Both the position numbers and the translations under genes were made by a program. This document shows positions 25,713 to 35,298 of a stretch of 38,261 nt of DNA, piece by piece. The DNA comes from Waddliaceae bacterium. Its GTDB lineage: Bacteria > Chlamydiota > Chlamydiia > Chlamydiales > SLFE01. The stretch's first letter is position 1, and each line of letters opens with the position of its first letter. The stretch is from positions 1-38,261 of the forward strand of contig CAWAPJ010000036.1 in NCBI GenBank assembly GCA_963783885.1, in the 5' to 3' direction. Under the pieces are notes generated by a model that was given only the letters and a program-made list of their open reading frames with translations, did not search any database and was not told the origin of the DNA.

Positions 25713-27128
25713 TTACCGAACGCTCTCAACACCGGGAGGCTTCCATGTGCCGTCTAAAATTGAAGGGGGGTTAGTATTCGGCCAATACATGCGCATTGTG
25801 AGCGCAAAAGGACCTTCGGGAGCGGGCAGCCAGTTGGCTTCCTTTTCTTTTCCTGGGGACTCATGCTGAAAATAGAGCGTGAGCGATCCATCTTTGTTAA
25901 ATTTCAACTTGTCCCTTGGACTCACCGTAAACTTGTTTAAGGGATTGGGATAAAACCAAAGACCATTGTCAATCGTGTACATTGTTATTGACCAGAACGC
26001 CAAAGGATTGACGGGCGGCAACTGCCCCTTGGGAAAGGTCAGTGTGTATTTATGAGCTCCTGTCAACTTTTCCCCACTGCTATCTTGCTCTGTCGTTGGA
26101 TAAACAGAAACATTGGGAAGTTGCGAGGGCCAGCCAACGGCGGCCCACACCGCACGCCGAAGGTAATCGGTTCCATAGCGGCCTCCGCTAAGAAGCACCC
26201 GCCAACCGTTGACAATCTTTCCCATCTCATACCATTTGGCCCCTATTCGTTTGAGCGCTGCCTCAGGAATTTCTGATAAAGCACTCTTCCACTTAGGATC
26301 GAGCTTGCTAAGGTCAAAAGGCTTACCCGGTATAAGACCAATCTTGGCCATGCGAGCTAGGATCGGGCCGTCTTCTGGTGCCGGCGGGGCTATGCTTCCC
26401 ATGAGCTTGGCGAGCATATTGAAATATTCCGTTGTTCCTAAGGCCAGTATCGCCGTCTGCGGCTTTTCAGTCATGCTAAAGCCCGGATTTGGGTTGACCT
26501 CAGGGGCTTTAAAAGTATAGGGCTTGCCATAAGCTGAGAGGGGAGCAACTTTGTAATTGGCCTGAAGAGCATGAACCTTGGCAAGGTCTTCTTTTGTGCC
26601 CAGGGAGTAAGTTCTGCCCAAGATAACCACATAGCGAGTCGGAAAGCTGATGTGGGTCATACCCTCCGGCACTGTCCCCTTCCAGTCAGGACCCGTGAAG
26701 AGATAGGTCATCGCTTTATCGCCGCTTGTGTTAGTGCCGACACTTTCCCTAACAATCATCCAAAGATCAACAAGCTCGAATGTAAAGAAACGATCTTTGA
26801 TCTCCGGATGGCTGAACACCTGAGGTTCGGACAAGTCAAGCCAAGCCACCGAATACAGCGTATCGGCATTTGCGGCCGAGACCCCGCGGTAATTAGCAGG
26901 AGGGTACTTCTTAACATTGAAAAATGTTCCCATAGGGGCCTTCATTTCCTCCACAGCGGCCACATTAGTCATCTGAACGCGGGTGACCTCCGATGTGATA
27001 AGCGAATAACCGTAAATGTAAGCATCCAGCGCAATCTCTTGGACTTGCTTAAGCTCAAGGTCTTGAGCAGATATTGGTACAATAAATAACGCGAAGAAGG
27101 CAAAAATTGCCTTAAGTTTTTGTGACAT
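25713..27128 (-). CDS. Exported DUF1254/DUF1214 domain protein
   Basis: Signal peptide; DAYIYGY, NADTLYSVAWLDL, YTLTFPKGQLPP...FWSITMY, NWLPAPEGPFALTMRMYWP. Confidence 0.9.
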   Translation of the reverse strand: MSQKLKAIFAFFALFIVPISAQDLELKQVQEIALDAYIYGYSLITSEVTRVQMTNVAAVEEMKAPMGTFFNVKKYPPANYRGVSAANADTLYSVAWLDLSEPQVFSHPEIKDRFFTFELVDLWMIVRESVGTNTSGDKAMTYLFTGPDWKGTVPEGMTHISFPTRYVVILGRTYSLGTKEDLAKVHALQANYKVAPLSAYGKPYTFKAPEVNPNPGFSMTEKPQTAILALGTTEYFNMLAKLMGSIAPPAPEDGPILARMAKIGLIPGKPFDLSKLDPKWKSALSEIPEAALKRIGAKWYEMGKIVNGWRVLLSGGRYGTDYLRRAVWAAVGWPSQLPNVSVYPTTEQDSSGEKLTGAHKYTLTFPKGQLPPVNPLAFWSITMYTIDNGLWFYPNPLNKFTVSPRDKLKFNKDGSLTLYFQHESPGKEKEANWLPAPEGPFALTMRMYWPNTNPPSILDGTWKPPGVESVR

Positions 27129-27242
27129 ATTCTTTCCTATTCAACTTCTCTTTAATATCATTGTTCTATCAAAATCAGGTTAAGAGGGTCAAACTTTTTT
27201 ATATAAAGAGGAAATGTCAGAGAGCGGAAGCAAGATAGCCAA

Positions 27243-27327
27243 ATGAGATTGAAAAGCTTGACGATGGGAGAATTTTCGTGGGTGTCGTCCAAAAGATCAT
27301 AGTCCTCGATATCAATTTCCCCTTCAT
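27243..27327 (-). pseudogene. Possible short fragment of a GspE/PilB-type secretion ATPase
   Basis: Translates EGEIDIEDYDLLDDTHENSPIVKLFNLI, resembling the GspE DLLxxxxxAPIIRLxNxI segment. Confidence 0.4.
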
Positions 27328-27362
27328 GGAAAATCGGCAAACAGATTGCGCAAATTTCACGA

Positions 27363-27809
27363 TTAGGTGGGAGAAATACAGGAAAGAAGATCCCCATAAG
27401 CCGGAAGACCCGAGACGTATTGATAGCTGGATTTGCTGGGGTCGTACCAGCCTGTTTTGATCTCGTTTTGATTGGCGATGGCGATAAACGGGGCCTGCAG
27501 ATAGTAGTTATATCCAACGATTTGCTGCAGCACACGGGAAGTTAAAGGAACCGCCTTGCACTCGATTACGATCAGCGGATAGAGTTCATAATCGGGATGT
27601 ATTCCCGGGACGATTGAAGCGATATCGACCCGGCAATCGGGCAAATCGGCAGTTTGAGATAAGTGGGGAAATTGACGGAGCGCTTTTTCAACAGTTAGTG
27701 AATGCGCAGGAAAACCAAGCATGTCTGTCATGAGGTTGATAAGGTTTTGCCGAACGACCTCTTCGGGAAGCTTAGCAACCCACTCTCTTCTTACCGGGCA
27801 ATAGATCAA
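27363..27809 (-). CDS. Stand-alone HsdR N-terminal-like (PD-(D/E)xK) domain protein
   Basis: CPVRREWVAKLPEEVVRQ, RVDI, IVIECKA, QQIVGYN. Confidence 0.8.
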   Translation of the reverse strand: MIYCPVRREWVAKLPEEVVRQNLINLMTDMLGFPAHSLTVEKALRQFPHLSQTADLPDCRVDIASIVPGIHPDYELYPLIVIECKAVPLTSRVLQQIVGYNYYLQAPFIAIANQNEIKTGWYDPSKSSYQYVSGLPAYGDLLSCISPT

Positions 27810-28438
27810 TATTCGGGCTCAATGATTCCAAAATTGTCATCTTTTCTGCGATAGATGACCTTAAGGCGATTGTCCTCTTCGCACTTATACACAAGGAAGA
27901 GGTCTCCCGAAAGGTCAAGACGCATCACCGCCTCATCCAACCTGAGCGTTTTCAGCGGGATCGTCTCCTGGGAAACCACTTCATGACGATAATCTTCCAT
28001 CAGCTTGCGCTGATTTTCATCTTCGATCTCGTCATTGATTTCTTCCAGCTCATCTTTATACCGCTGCACGACATTGACATTCATATCGATCATCGCAATG
28101 CTGCGGGCCTGATGTTCCACCAGTTTTTTCTTATAGCGCCGAACCTGCCTCGTTAGCTTATCGACTGCAATGTCAATTGCGGCATACATATCGTTTGCGA
28201 CGCCGTGACTGCGGATTTTAACATGATTGACCCGGACATCGATATCGCAGCGATGTTCCAGCTTTTGAATATCCATCGTGATCGTCACATCGATAATTCG
28301 ATGCGAAAAACGCTCGATCTTCGACATTTTATCAATCGCGTAGTCTTTCATCGCTTCGGTCACCGCGACATTCCGTCCGATAACGTGGATGCTGTATTCT
28401 TCGTTTTCAAATTCAATAGCTTTGGCTTTTCCTTTCAT
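27806..28438 (-). CDS. hpf: Ribosome hibernation promoting factor, long form
   Basis: GRNVAVTEAMKDYAIDK, DMYAAIDIAVDKLTRQVRRYK, C-terminal DEAVMRL...VIYRRKDDNFGIIEP. Confidence 0.92.
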   Translation of the reverse strand: MKGKAKAIEFENEEYSIHVIGRNVAVTEAMKDYAIDKMSKIERFSHRIIDVTITMDIQKLEHRCDIDVRVNHVKIRSHGVANDMYAAIDIAVDKLTRQVRRYKKKLVEHQARSIAMIDMNVNVVQRYKDELEEINDEIEDENQRKLMEDYRHEVVSQETIPLKTLRLDEAVMRLDLSGDLFLVYKCEEDNRLKVIYRRKDDNFGIIEPEY

Positions 28439-28462
28439 ATCAAAACCTCTTTTTCACAAATT

Positions 28463-29068
28463 CTACTTCATTTCGTGAATTCTCTCAACCGTATCGACAA
28501 TGGCCTGAGTCTTCGCGTCGATTTCTATGTTGACGAAGTCTCCCGCTTCTTTGAATCCGAGGGTAGTGGCTGATAAAGTTTCGGGAATCAAATGCACGGT
28601 AAATCGGTTATCGATCACCTTAACAACAGTCAAACTCGCCCCGTCAATCGCAACAAACCCTTTAGGAAGAATATACTTCATCCACTCAAAAGGGCACATC
28701 AAAGTAATAATTCTCTCATTTTGGCGCTTCTCCACCTTCTCAATCGGAGCCACTCCCCAGACATGTCCTGAAAGAACATGCCCTCCAACCTCATCTCCGA
28801 GCCTTATCGACCTTTCGATATTGACCCGCTTTCCCGCTTCAAGATCCTTAAGCGTCGTCTTGCTCAAAGTTTCGGCAATAACATCGAAATAGACAAGGCG
28901 CTCGTCAACGCGCACAACTGTGAGGCAGACGCCATCTACCGCGACGCTCGCTCCCCCGCATAGGTCCCGAATCAGATCATCCGGCAGACGAACGGCGAAT
29001 GTCAACAAATTGGGTTTAACCTCCAAAGAAGCCACCTCAAACAATCCCTTGACAATCCCTGAGAACAT
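28463..29068 (-). CDS. ribE: Riboflavin synthase (alpha chain)
   Basis: MFSGIV, SVAVDGVCLTV, VNIER, GGHVLSGHV, KGFVAIDGASLTV. Confidence 0.95.
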   Translation of the reverse strand: MFSGIVKGLFEVASLEVKPNLLTFAVRLPDDLIRDLCGGASVAVDGVCLTVVRVDERLVYFDVIAETLSKTTLKDLEAGKRVNIERSIRLGDEVGGHVLSGHVWGVAPIEKVEKRQNERIITLMCPFEWMKYILPKGFVAIDGASLTVVKVIDNRFTVHLIPETLSATTLGFKEAGDFVNIEIDAKTQAIVDTVERIHEMK

Positions 29069-29089
29069 CGCTGCCTCCTTGAAATAAAG

Positions 29090-29163
29090 CGCACCGAAAG
29101 GGACTCGAACCCCTAACCCCCTGATCCGAAGTCAGGTGCTCTATCCAATTGAGCTATCGGTGC
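29090..29163 (-). tRNA. tRNA-Arg(TCG)
   Basis: GCACCGA/TCGGTGC acceptor stem; anticodon arm CCTGA-CTTCGGA-TCAGG; GGTTCGAGTCC; CCA not encoded. Confidence 0.95.
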
Positions 29164-29224
29164 AAGCAATTATCATACAGCAAGTTTCCTTTTTGATAAA
29201 CGAAAAAGCTGGTACGCTTTTATC

Positions 29225-29905
29225 ATGACTGTGGAGAAGACCGAAGGAATTATTTTACATTCGCTGCCGTTTAGGGATTACGATCAGCTCATTAAGCTCT
29301 ATACGAAAGACAGGGGCCTTTTAAGCGTTGTTGTCAAAGCCGCCAGAAGCAAAAGAAAGGCGCTGGCATCGGCAGTCGCCCCGATTACCCGAGTGGAAGT
29401 TGTTTATAAAAGGGGGAGGGAAGACCTCCATTCGTGCCGGGAAATTTCTCCTCTCGGTTATTATCTTTTTTTACGCGAAGATATGAAAAAGCTAAGTACC
29501 GCCTGCGAATTTGCCCAAGCGGTTAAAATCTCCCAAATTGCGGAAAAGCCCTCGCCCGGGCTCTACCTGCTGCTTAAAGCGTTTATCGAAAGACTCGAAA
29601 CAACCCGACATCCGGAAGCTCTGGCAACAGCCTTACGCCTAAAAATTTTAAAACACGACGGCCTGCTCCATTTCAGTTCAAGCTGCTCGGCGTGCCAAGC
29701 CCCTCTTGGCGACCACTACTTTTATAAGGGAGAACCCTTCTGCTCTCTCCACTGCCTTCCGGGAGGAGTGCGGTTTACCAAAGAGCAATTCGATATTTTG
29801 GAGCCGATGATTCGATCCAAGCGGTTTGAACAACTTGAAGCCTGCGCCCCGCCCGATGGCCTCGCCTTAAGCGTAAAAGGTTTATTTGAATTTATTTACT
29901 TGTAG
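29225..29905 (+). CDS. recO: DNA repair protein RecO
   Basis: EGIILHSLPFRDYD...LYTKDRG OB-fold; C-terminal CSAC...CSLHC zinc motif. Confidence 0.92.
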   Translation: MTVEKTEGIILHSLPFRDYDQLIKLYTKDRGLLSVVVKAARSKRKALASAVAPITRVEVVYKRGREDLHSCREISPLGYYLFLREDMKKLSTACEFAQAVKISQIAEKPSPGLYLLLKAFIERLETTRHPEALATALRLKILKHDGLLHFSSSCSACQAPLGDHYFYKGEPFCSLHCLPGGVRFTKEQFDILEPMIRSKRFEQLEACAPPDGLALSVKGLFEFIYL

Positions 29906-29940
29906 AAAACGCGATATACGTGGATAATATTTTATCCAGC

Positions 29941-30024
29941 GCGGAAGTGGCGGAACTGGTAGACGCGCAACCTTGAGGTGGTTGTGAGGGAAACCTTGTG
30001 GGGGTTCGAGTCCCCCCTTTCGCA
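29941..30024 (+). tRNA. tRNA-Leu(GAG)
   Basis: GCGGAAG/CTTTCGC acceptor stem; CAACC-TTGAGGT-GGTTG anticodon arm; long variable arm; GGTTCGAGTCC. Confidence 0.95.
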
Positions 30025-30114
30025 TTCATAACCAAGTAATTATAAAAAAATCCCCTTATCTTTGAGCAACTTAAGTCACTCACAAATTTGTTACATATTA
30101 ACATACAGGGGGAT

Positions 30115-30234
30115 CTAGTGTCTTGTCGCAAAAGTTTTTTGTTCAAATTCTCATTCTAAGCTGCCGGGCTGAGTCGATCATCGCGACGCTTATAATGGGA
30201 ATTTGTCGAAAAAACTTTTGCGACAAGACACTAG
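30115..30234. mobile_element. Palindromic MITE (112 bp) flanked by CTAG
   Basis: CTAG-TGTCTTGTCGCAAAAGTTTTT...AAAAACTTTTGCGACAAGACA-CTAG, with inner arms CAAATTCTCATT/AATGGGAATTTG. Confidence 0.85.
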
Positions 30235-30293
30235 CGATCTTTATCATTTGCATGCCTCTTGTGCTTTTAATCTAAACCCCTTATTTTTAGGTT

Positions 30294-31079
30294 ATGAGAT
30301 GCCTATTTATCTGTACAGCAGACAGCTACGACATACCGGCTTTGTATGCTTTGCTTAAAGAGCGCTGCGACACCCAATTGGACCGGGATGTTATTCATGT
30401 TAAAATCGAAAATGACGGACATATTTTTTATTTCTCTTATGGATGCACAGTTTGCTGGGGATTGACGAAAGAGCAGGAAAAAGCTTTCATTGCCGAGTCT
30501 GATTCCACTGCCAATTTTCCTCTTAAAGAACCAGTGACCGATATTTTTTCCTACAGCCGCGGGGAAACGTCTAAAATTGTTAATGGAGAAATCGTCCTGG
30601 CAAACACCAGCTCGCTGACTTTGTTTGCAATTTCGCACGGCCTGGCTCAGTCGGTCAAACTGGACGCTTTTGAAAATCGTATTCAGAAAACCGTTGATGA
30701 TACAAAACATATTCCCGAACAAATGGCTCAATTAGGTCGAGTGGGGCTTTCCCATAATGAAATCAGGCGTAAAATGGGACAGCTTTTTATTGAAAGGAAC
30801 TCGATCAACCTCCACTTTGACATCCTGGACAAACCCGATTTCTTTTGGGAATACCCCGAGGTCGAGCCTCTCTATACGATGATTGCCACCTATCTTGACA
30901 TCGAGACCCGCGTGGAAGTTCTGAACCAGAGACTGGGAGTCATCCATGAACTCTTTGATATGCTCAATAATGAACTCAATCACAAACATTCAAGCCGGCT
31001 GGAGTGGACCATTATCATACTCATCCTGATTGAGGTGGCCATTAGCTTTTTAAAGGACGTGCTGCATGTGATCGCATGA
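30294..31079 (+). CDS. RMD1/YagE (DUF155) family protein
   Basis: [56 protein letters not shown]. Confidence 0.92.
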   Translation: MRCLFICTADSYDIPALYALLKERCDTQLDRDVIHVKIENDGHIFYFSYGCTVCWGLTKEQEKAFIAESDSTANFPLKEPVTDIFSYSRGETSKIVNGEIVLANTSSLTLFAISHGLAQSVKLDAFENRIQKTVDDTKHIPEQMAQLGRVGLSHNEIRRKMGQLFIERNSINLHFDILDKPDFFWEYPEVEPLYTMIATYLDIETRVEVLNQRLGVIHELFDMLNNELNHKHSSRLEWTIIILILIEVAISFLKDVLHVIA

Positions 31080-31309
31080 AGAGAGCAGAAAGCAGAAATA
31101 TGAAACTAATATTTATCACAATCATTCGCTTCTACAAGATTTGCATAAGCCCTATGCTCGGCCAAAACTGCCGTTTTTATCCCTCATGTTCCAGCTATAT
31201 GATTCAAGCCATAGAAAAGAAAGGGGTTTTTAAAGGAACCTGGATGGGCATCAAACGCATTTGCAAATGCCACCCATTTCACCCTGGCGGCTGCGATCCC
31301 GTGGAATAG
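31076..31309 (+). CDS. yidD: Membrane protein insertion efficiency factor (start may be 31100)
   Basis: ISP...[10 protein letters not shown]...[16 protein letters not shown]. Confidence 0.92.
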   Translation: MKRAESRNMKLIFITIIRFYKICISPMLGQNCRFYPSCSSYMIQAIEKKGVFKGTWMGIKRICKCHPFHPGGCDPVE

Positions 31310-31334
31310 ATTTCTAATCCTGCTCTCTGCTCTC

Positions 31335-32405
31335 CTACGCGGGGATTTTCAAAATCTTGCCGGGTCTTAGGCTGTCGGTTTTCAGCTGATTGCACTCTTT
31401 GAGCTGATCAACTTTAACGTTGTGCTTGCGGGAAATTTTCCAAAGAGAATCCCCCTCCTGAACGACGTAAAGGAAGTCCTCATGGACTTGTTCGGGGGTT
31501 GGCTTTGGCTGATCAATTTGCTGCCTGGCCAGCTGCCAAACGCCGTCGCCTCTGGGTGTATCGAGCAGCTTCTTGGCAAATGACTCGGCCAAAGGGTGGT
31601 TTTCGCCAAGAAGATCGAAAATCTGCAGGATGGTTTCATCGTCAAGTTGGCGAAGGGCATAGTGTGTTTCAGTTTGCAGCAAGGTCTTGGCAGCTGCCCG
31701 CGACCCTTCGGAAATAAATAGCTGAAGGATTTGAAATGGTGTGGGGTAATGATGAGCTTTCGCCACGGTGGGCCAATCAACTTCAAGCATCATTCTCACC
31801 AGTTCGAGAGCCCTGATGGGCGAGAGCTTCTTCTGAAGCTCTTTAAACTCGTCTGTCATCACAAAAGCATTGACGAGGGATTTGGGAAGATTTTCCCCGC
31901 TTTGCTGCAGCCGGACAAATAAGCCTTCAGGAGAAAAAGGCCAACGCTCTGTTTTGGCAAAATGTATTATGGACAGATACTCTCTGTCTCCAAGACCGGG
32001 ATAAAGCGGAAACGACCCAAGGTGCTCCTGACCTTGAATCTTGACCATGCGCACGGGAAGATTTTGGCCTTGTAGCGCGCGATGGACATCAAAATGAAAT
32101 TTGGAAACCAGACAGGATAAAGCAATGTCTCTTTGCAGATAACCGCACTCGACAGGCTCGGTTTCTTCAAGCTTGTGGACGAGCTGCTCAAAAGGCATCT
32201 GTCTAAGAGAAAGGATCAGCCGGCCAGAAGATGTATAACCGGCAGCTGGGGGAGAAGATTTCCGGCATATAGGCAGGTCGAATGAAGGAGTTTTCAACCA
32301 GATGCTAAAAAGAAGAGTCAGGAGGCAAAAGTTGAGGATACCGCTCGCCAGCAAAAATCTGCTGAGGCGCCTCACAAGCCAGTCCCTTGTTTTTCTCTCC
32401 TTCAT
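31335..32405 (-). CDS. Membrane-anchored chlamydial protein with C-terminal LysM domain
   Basis: N-terminal TM segment; [18 protein letters not shown]...[10 protein letters not shown]. Confidence 0.9.
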   Translation of the reverse strand: MKERKTRDWLVRRLSRFLLASGILNFCLLTLLFSIWLKTPSFDLPICRKSSPPAAGYTSSGRLILSLRQMPFEQLVHKLEETEPVECGYLQRDIALSCLVSKFHFDVHRALQGQNLPVRMVKIQGQEHLGSFPLYPGLGDREYLSIIHFAKTERWPFSPEGLFVRLQQSGENLPKSLVNAFVMTDEFKELQKKLSPIRALELVRMMLEVDWPTVAKAHHYPTPFQILQLFISEGSRAAAKTLLQTETHYALRQLDDETILQIFDLLGENHPLAESFAKKLLDTPRGDGVWQLARQQIDQPKPTPEQVHEDFLYVVQEGDSLWKISRKHNVKVDQLKECNQLKTDSLRPGKILKIPA

Positions 32406-34189
32406 GACAAACGCTTCTCAAGCTCATCAAGTTCATCGAGTATGCCCTGGGGAAGTTTGGAGCCGAACATTTGAAAATAAGATCTTAAACTTTCCACTTC
32501 TCCCTTCCAGGCCTCGTTGTCAATTTCAAATAGCTGATTCATTCGGCTTTCGTCAAGATCTAATCCCGATAAGTCGACAGCACCCTCATCGGGAATGATT
32601 CCGATAGGGGTCTTTTTGCCATGCTCCTTGCCATCGGTACGCTCGAACATCCACTTAAGAACACGAGAATTTTCACCAAAACCAGGCCAGATAAAATTCC
32701 CCTCCTTGTCCTTACGAAACCAGTTCACATAATAGATGCGCGGAGTTTTGTGATGAGGCACCTTTCCAACTGACAACCAGTGATTAAAGTAATCGCACAT
32801 ATGATAGCCGCAAAAAGGGAGCATAGCAAAAGGGTCATGCCGGAGTTTGCCGACAGCGCCTGAGGCCGCTGCGGTGGTTTCCGATGACACGCCGGCCCCC
32901 AAAAATGTTCCATGCTGCCAGTTATATGCCTCATAAACCAGGGGAATTACAGAGGAGCGTCTCCCGCCAAAAATAATGGCTGAAATCGGAACCCCATTGG
33001 GATTTTCCCAATCGGGATCGATAACGGGACACTGCGAGGCGTGAGCTGTGAAGCGTGAATTAGGATGTGCGGCCTTCTCTTCCGAAGCCGGAGTCCAATC
33101 CTGATTCTTCCAGCTTGTGAGATGGGCAGGCGGGGTCTTCGTCATTCCCTCCCACCACACATCACCGTCATCAGTGAGGGCGACATTGGTAAAAATGGAA
33201 TTCTTTTCTACGGTTATCATGGCATTGCGGTTTGAATCGTAGGAAGTTCCCGGCGCTACGCCGAAAAAACCGGCTTCAGGATTTATCGCATAGAGGATTC
33301 CGTCGTCGCCAAACTTCATCCACGCAATATCGTCGCCTATGGTTTCAATTTTCCAGCCGGGAATCGTGGGATTGAGCATCGCAAGATTGGTTTTGCCGCA
33401 AGCGCTTGGGAATGCGGCGGCAAAGTATTTCTTTTTCCCTTCCGGATTGGTGATTCCCAGTATGAGCATATGTTCGGCAAGCCAGCCTTCATCCCGGGCA
33501 ATTGTCGAGGCGATTCGGAGGGCAAAACATTTTTTTCCCAAAAGAGCGTTTCCTCCATAACCGCTGCCGTAAGACCAGATCTCTCTGTCTTCCGGAAAAT
33601 GAGAAATATAACGGTTTGCCGTATCGCAAGGCCAGGAGACATCTTTTTGCCCTTTTTCCAAAGGATAACCCACAGAATGCAATCCTTTGACGAAATTTCC
33701 GTCTCCTAAAGTTTCCAGCACTTCCGACCCGATTCGGGTCATGATCCGCATATTGCAAACAACGTATGCCGAATCGGTAATCTCTACGCCGATGCGGGAG
33801 ATGTGAGAACCGACCGGACCCATGCTGTATGGAACGACATACATCGTCCGCCCTTTCATGCAGCCGCGATAGTGGGGAGTAAGAATGCCTTTCATTTCTT
33901 CCGGATCCTTCCAATTATTCGTAGGACCGGCGTCATCGGAATCTTTACTGCAGATAAAGGTGCACTCTTCAACGCGGGCTACATCCTCGGGAGCGGAAAG
34001 AGCTAAAAAACTGCCCGGCCGTTTTTCCTCATTAAGCCTTGTGAATGTGCCCGATTTCACGAGTTCGGCGCACAACCTTTGGTATTCTTCTTCGCTGCCA
34101 TTGCATATATAGACCTCATCCGGCTCGCAAAGCTCCTTAACTTCGCTAATCCAGCGGGCCAATCTTCTATTTTCGATAACTTTTTTCAA
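32402..34189 (-). CDS. pckG: Phosphoenolpyruvate carboxykinase (GTP)
   Basis: [40 protein letters not shown]. Confidence 0.97.
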   Translation of the reverse strand: MKKVIENRRLARWISEVKELCEPDEVYICNGSEEEYQRLCAELVKSGTFTRLNEEKRPGSFLALSAPEDVARVEECTFICSKDSDDAGPTNNWKDPEEMKGILTPHYRGCMKGRTMYVVPYSMGPVGSHISRIGVEITDSAYVVCNMRIMTRIGSEVLETLGDGNFVKGLHSVGYPLEKGQKDVSWPCDTANRYISHFPEDREIWSYGSGYGGNALLGKKCFALRIASTIARDEGWLAEHMLILGITNPEGKKKYFAAAFPSACGKTNLAMLNPTIPGWKIETIGDDIAWMKFGDDGILYAINPEAGFFGVAPGTSYDSNRNAMITVEKNSIFTNVALTDDGDVWWEGMTKTPPAHLTSWKNQDWTPASEEKAAHPNSRFTAHASQCPVIDPDWENPNGVPISAIIFGGRRSSVIPLVYEAYNWQHGTFLGAGVSSETTAAASGAVGKLRHDPFAMLPFCGYHMCDYFNHWLSVGKVPHHKTPRIYYVNWFRKDKEGNFIWPGFGENSRVLKWMFERTDGKEHGKKTPIGIIPDEGAVDLSGLDLDESRMNQLFEIDNEAWKGEVESLRSYFQMFGSKLPQGILDELDELEKRLS

Positions 34190-35283
34190 GTCATTACCCT
34201 TCGCCTTTTGAACCGATCAATATATTCAAGAGCTTTCCCTGTTCCAAGACAAACGGCGAGCATGGGATTTTGCGCCAGGATTACCGGAAGCCCCGTCTCT
34301 TTGATAAGGGCTTTGTCAAGCCCCTTCAAAAGAGCGCCTCCACCTGCAACTACCATCCCCCGCTCAACGAGATCGGCGGCAAGTTCCGGAGGACATTTCT
34401 CCAACGTGAGTTTGACGCTCTCTACGATCTGTTGAATCGGTTCGACAAGACATTCGCGAATTTCAACTGAATTGATTCTTTTTGTCACAGGGAGGCCCGC
34501 TACCTGATCACGCCCCCGCACTTCCATCTCGAGCTCGTTTTCCCCGAGAGAATAAGCGGAACCTATGGTCATTTTGATTTCTTCGGCCGTTCTGGGGCCG
34601 ATCATCAAATTATAAGTGCGCCTCATATAATTGATGATGCAGTCATCGAATTCGTCGCCGGCGATGCGAAGCGACCTAGACTCGACGATATCACCCAGGG
34701 AGATAATCGCGATTTCCGTCGTTCCTCCTCCAATATCAATGATCATATTGGCAGACGGCTCGTGGACCGGCAGGTCGACGCCAATCGCTGCGGCTATCGG
34801 CTCTTCAATCAGAATCACTTCCTGAGCGCCCGCATGAAGAGCGGAGTCTTCGACTGCCCGCTTTTCAACTCCGGTGATTCCCGAGGGAACGGCTATCAGA
34901 ATCTTGGGGCGGAAAAGGCTTCGGGAAGGGGTCACCCGTTGAATCAGAGCTTTGAGCATTCCCTCGGCAACTTCAAAGTCGGCAATAACGCCGTCTTTCA
35001 TAGGCCTTACAGCATGAATTTTACGAGGCGTCTTGCCCAGCATGGACTTGGCTTTGTGTCCAACCGCCAGCACTTCGCCTGTCTGGGTATCGACGGCAAC
35101 TACCGACGGTTCCGCTAAAACAATCCCTTTTCCTCTGACAAAAACCAACGTATTGGCAGTCCCCAGGTCGATGCCGATATCATTGGAAAAGACTCCTCGG
35201 AATTTATCGAATTTGCCGACTGTGCCAAGAGAGAGTTCCTTAATCATCGATGACAAGTGTTTCATGTTTTTTTTCGCAGTCAT
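34186..35283 (-). CDS. mreB: Actin-like protein MreB
   Basis: [35 protein letters not shown]. Confidence 0.97.
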   Translation of the reverse strand: MTAKKNMKHLSSMIKELSLGTVGKFDKFRGVFSNDIGIDLGTANTLVFVRGKGIVLAEPSVVAVDTQTGEVLAVGHKAKSMLGKTPRKIHAVRPMKDGVIADFEVAEGMLKALIQRVTPSRSLFRPKILIAVPSGITGVEKRAVEDSALHAGAQEVILIEEPIAAAIGVDLPVHEPSANMIIDIGGGTTEIAIISLGDIVESRSLRIAGDEFDDCIINYMRRTYNLMIGPRTAEEIKMTIGSAYSLGENELEMEVRGRDQVAGLPVTKRINSVEIRECLVEPIQQIVESVKLTLEKCPPELAADLVERGMVVAGGGALLKGLDKALIKETGLPVILAQNPMLAVCLGTGKALEYIDRFKRRRVMT

Positions 35284-35298
35284 AAATCCTCTATCAAA

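Noticed and set aside
27158..27535. 125-aa minus-strand ORF as a real gene
   Set aside because: Its first half overlaps the HsdR_N gene out of frame; only the short GspE-like stretch looks protein-like
29209..29226. CTGGTACG upstream of recO as a sigma-54 promoter
   Set aside because: The -12 GC is missing at the required spacing and the site is too close to the ATG
29090..30024. tRNAs as island integration sites
   Set aside because: I found no duplicated tRNA 3' ends or integrase in the window; the flanking genes are core
29892..30146. 84-aa minus-strand ORF
   Set aside because: Antisense to tRNA-Leu and starts within the MITE
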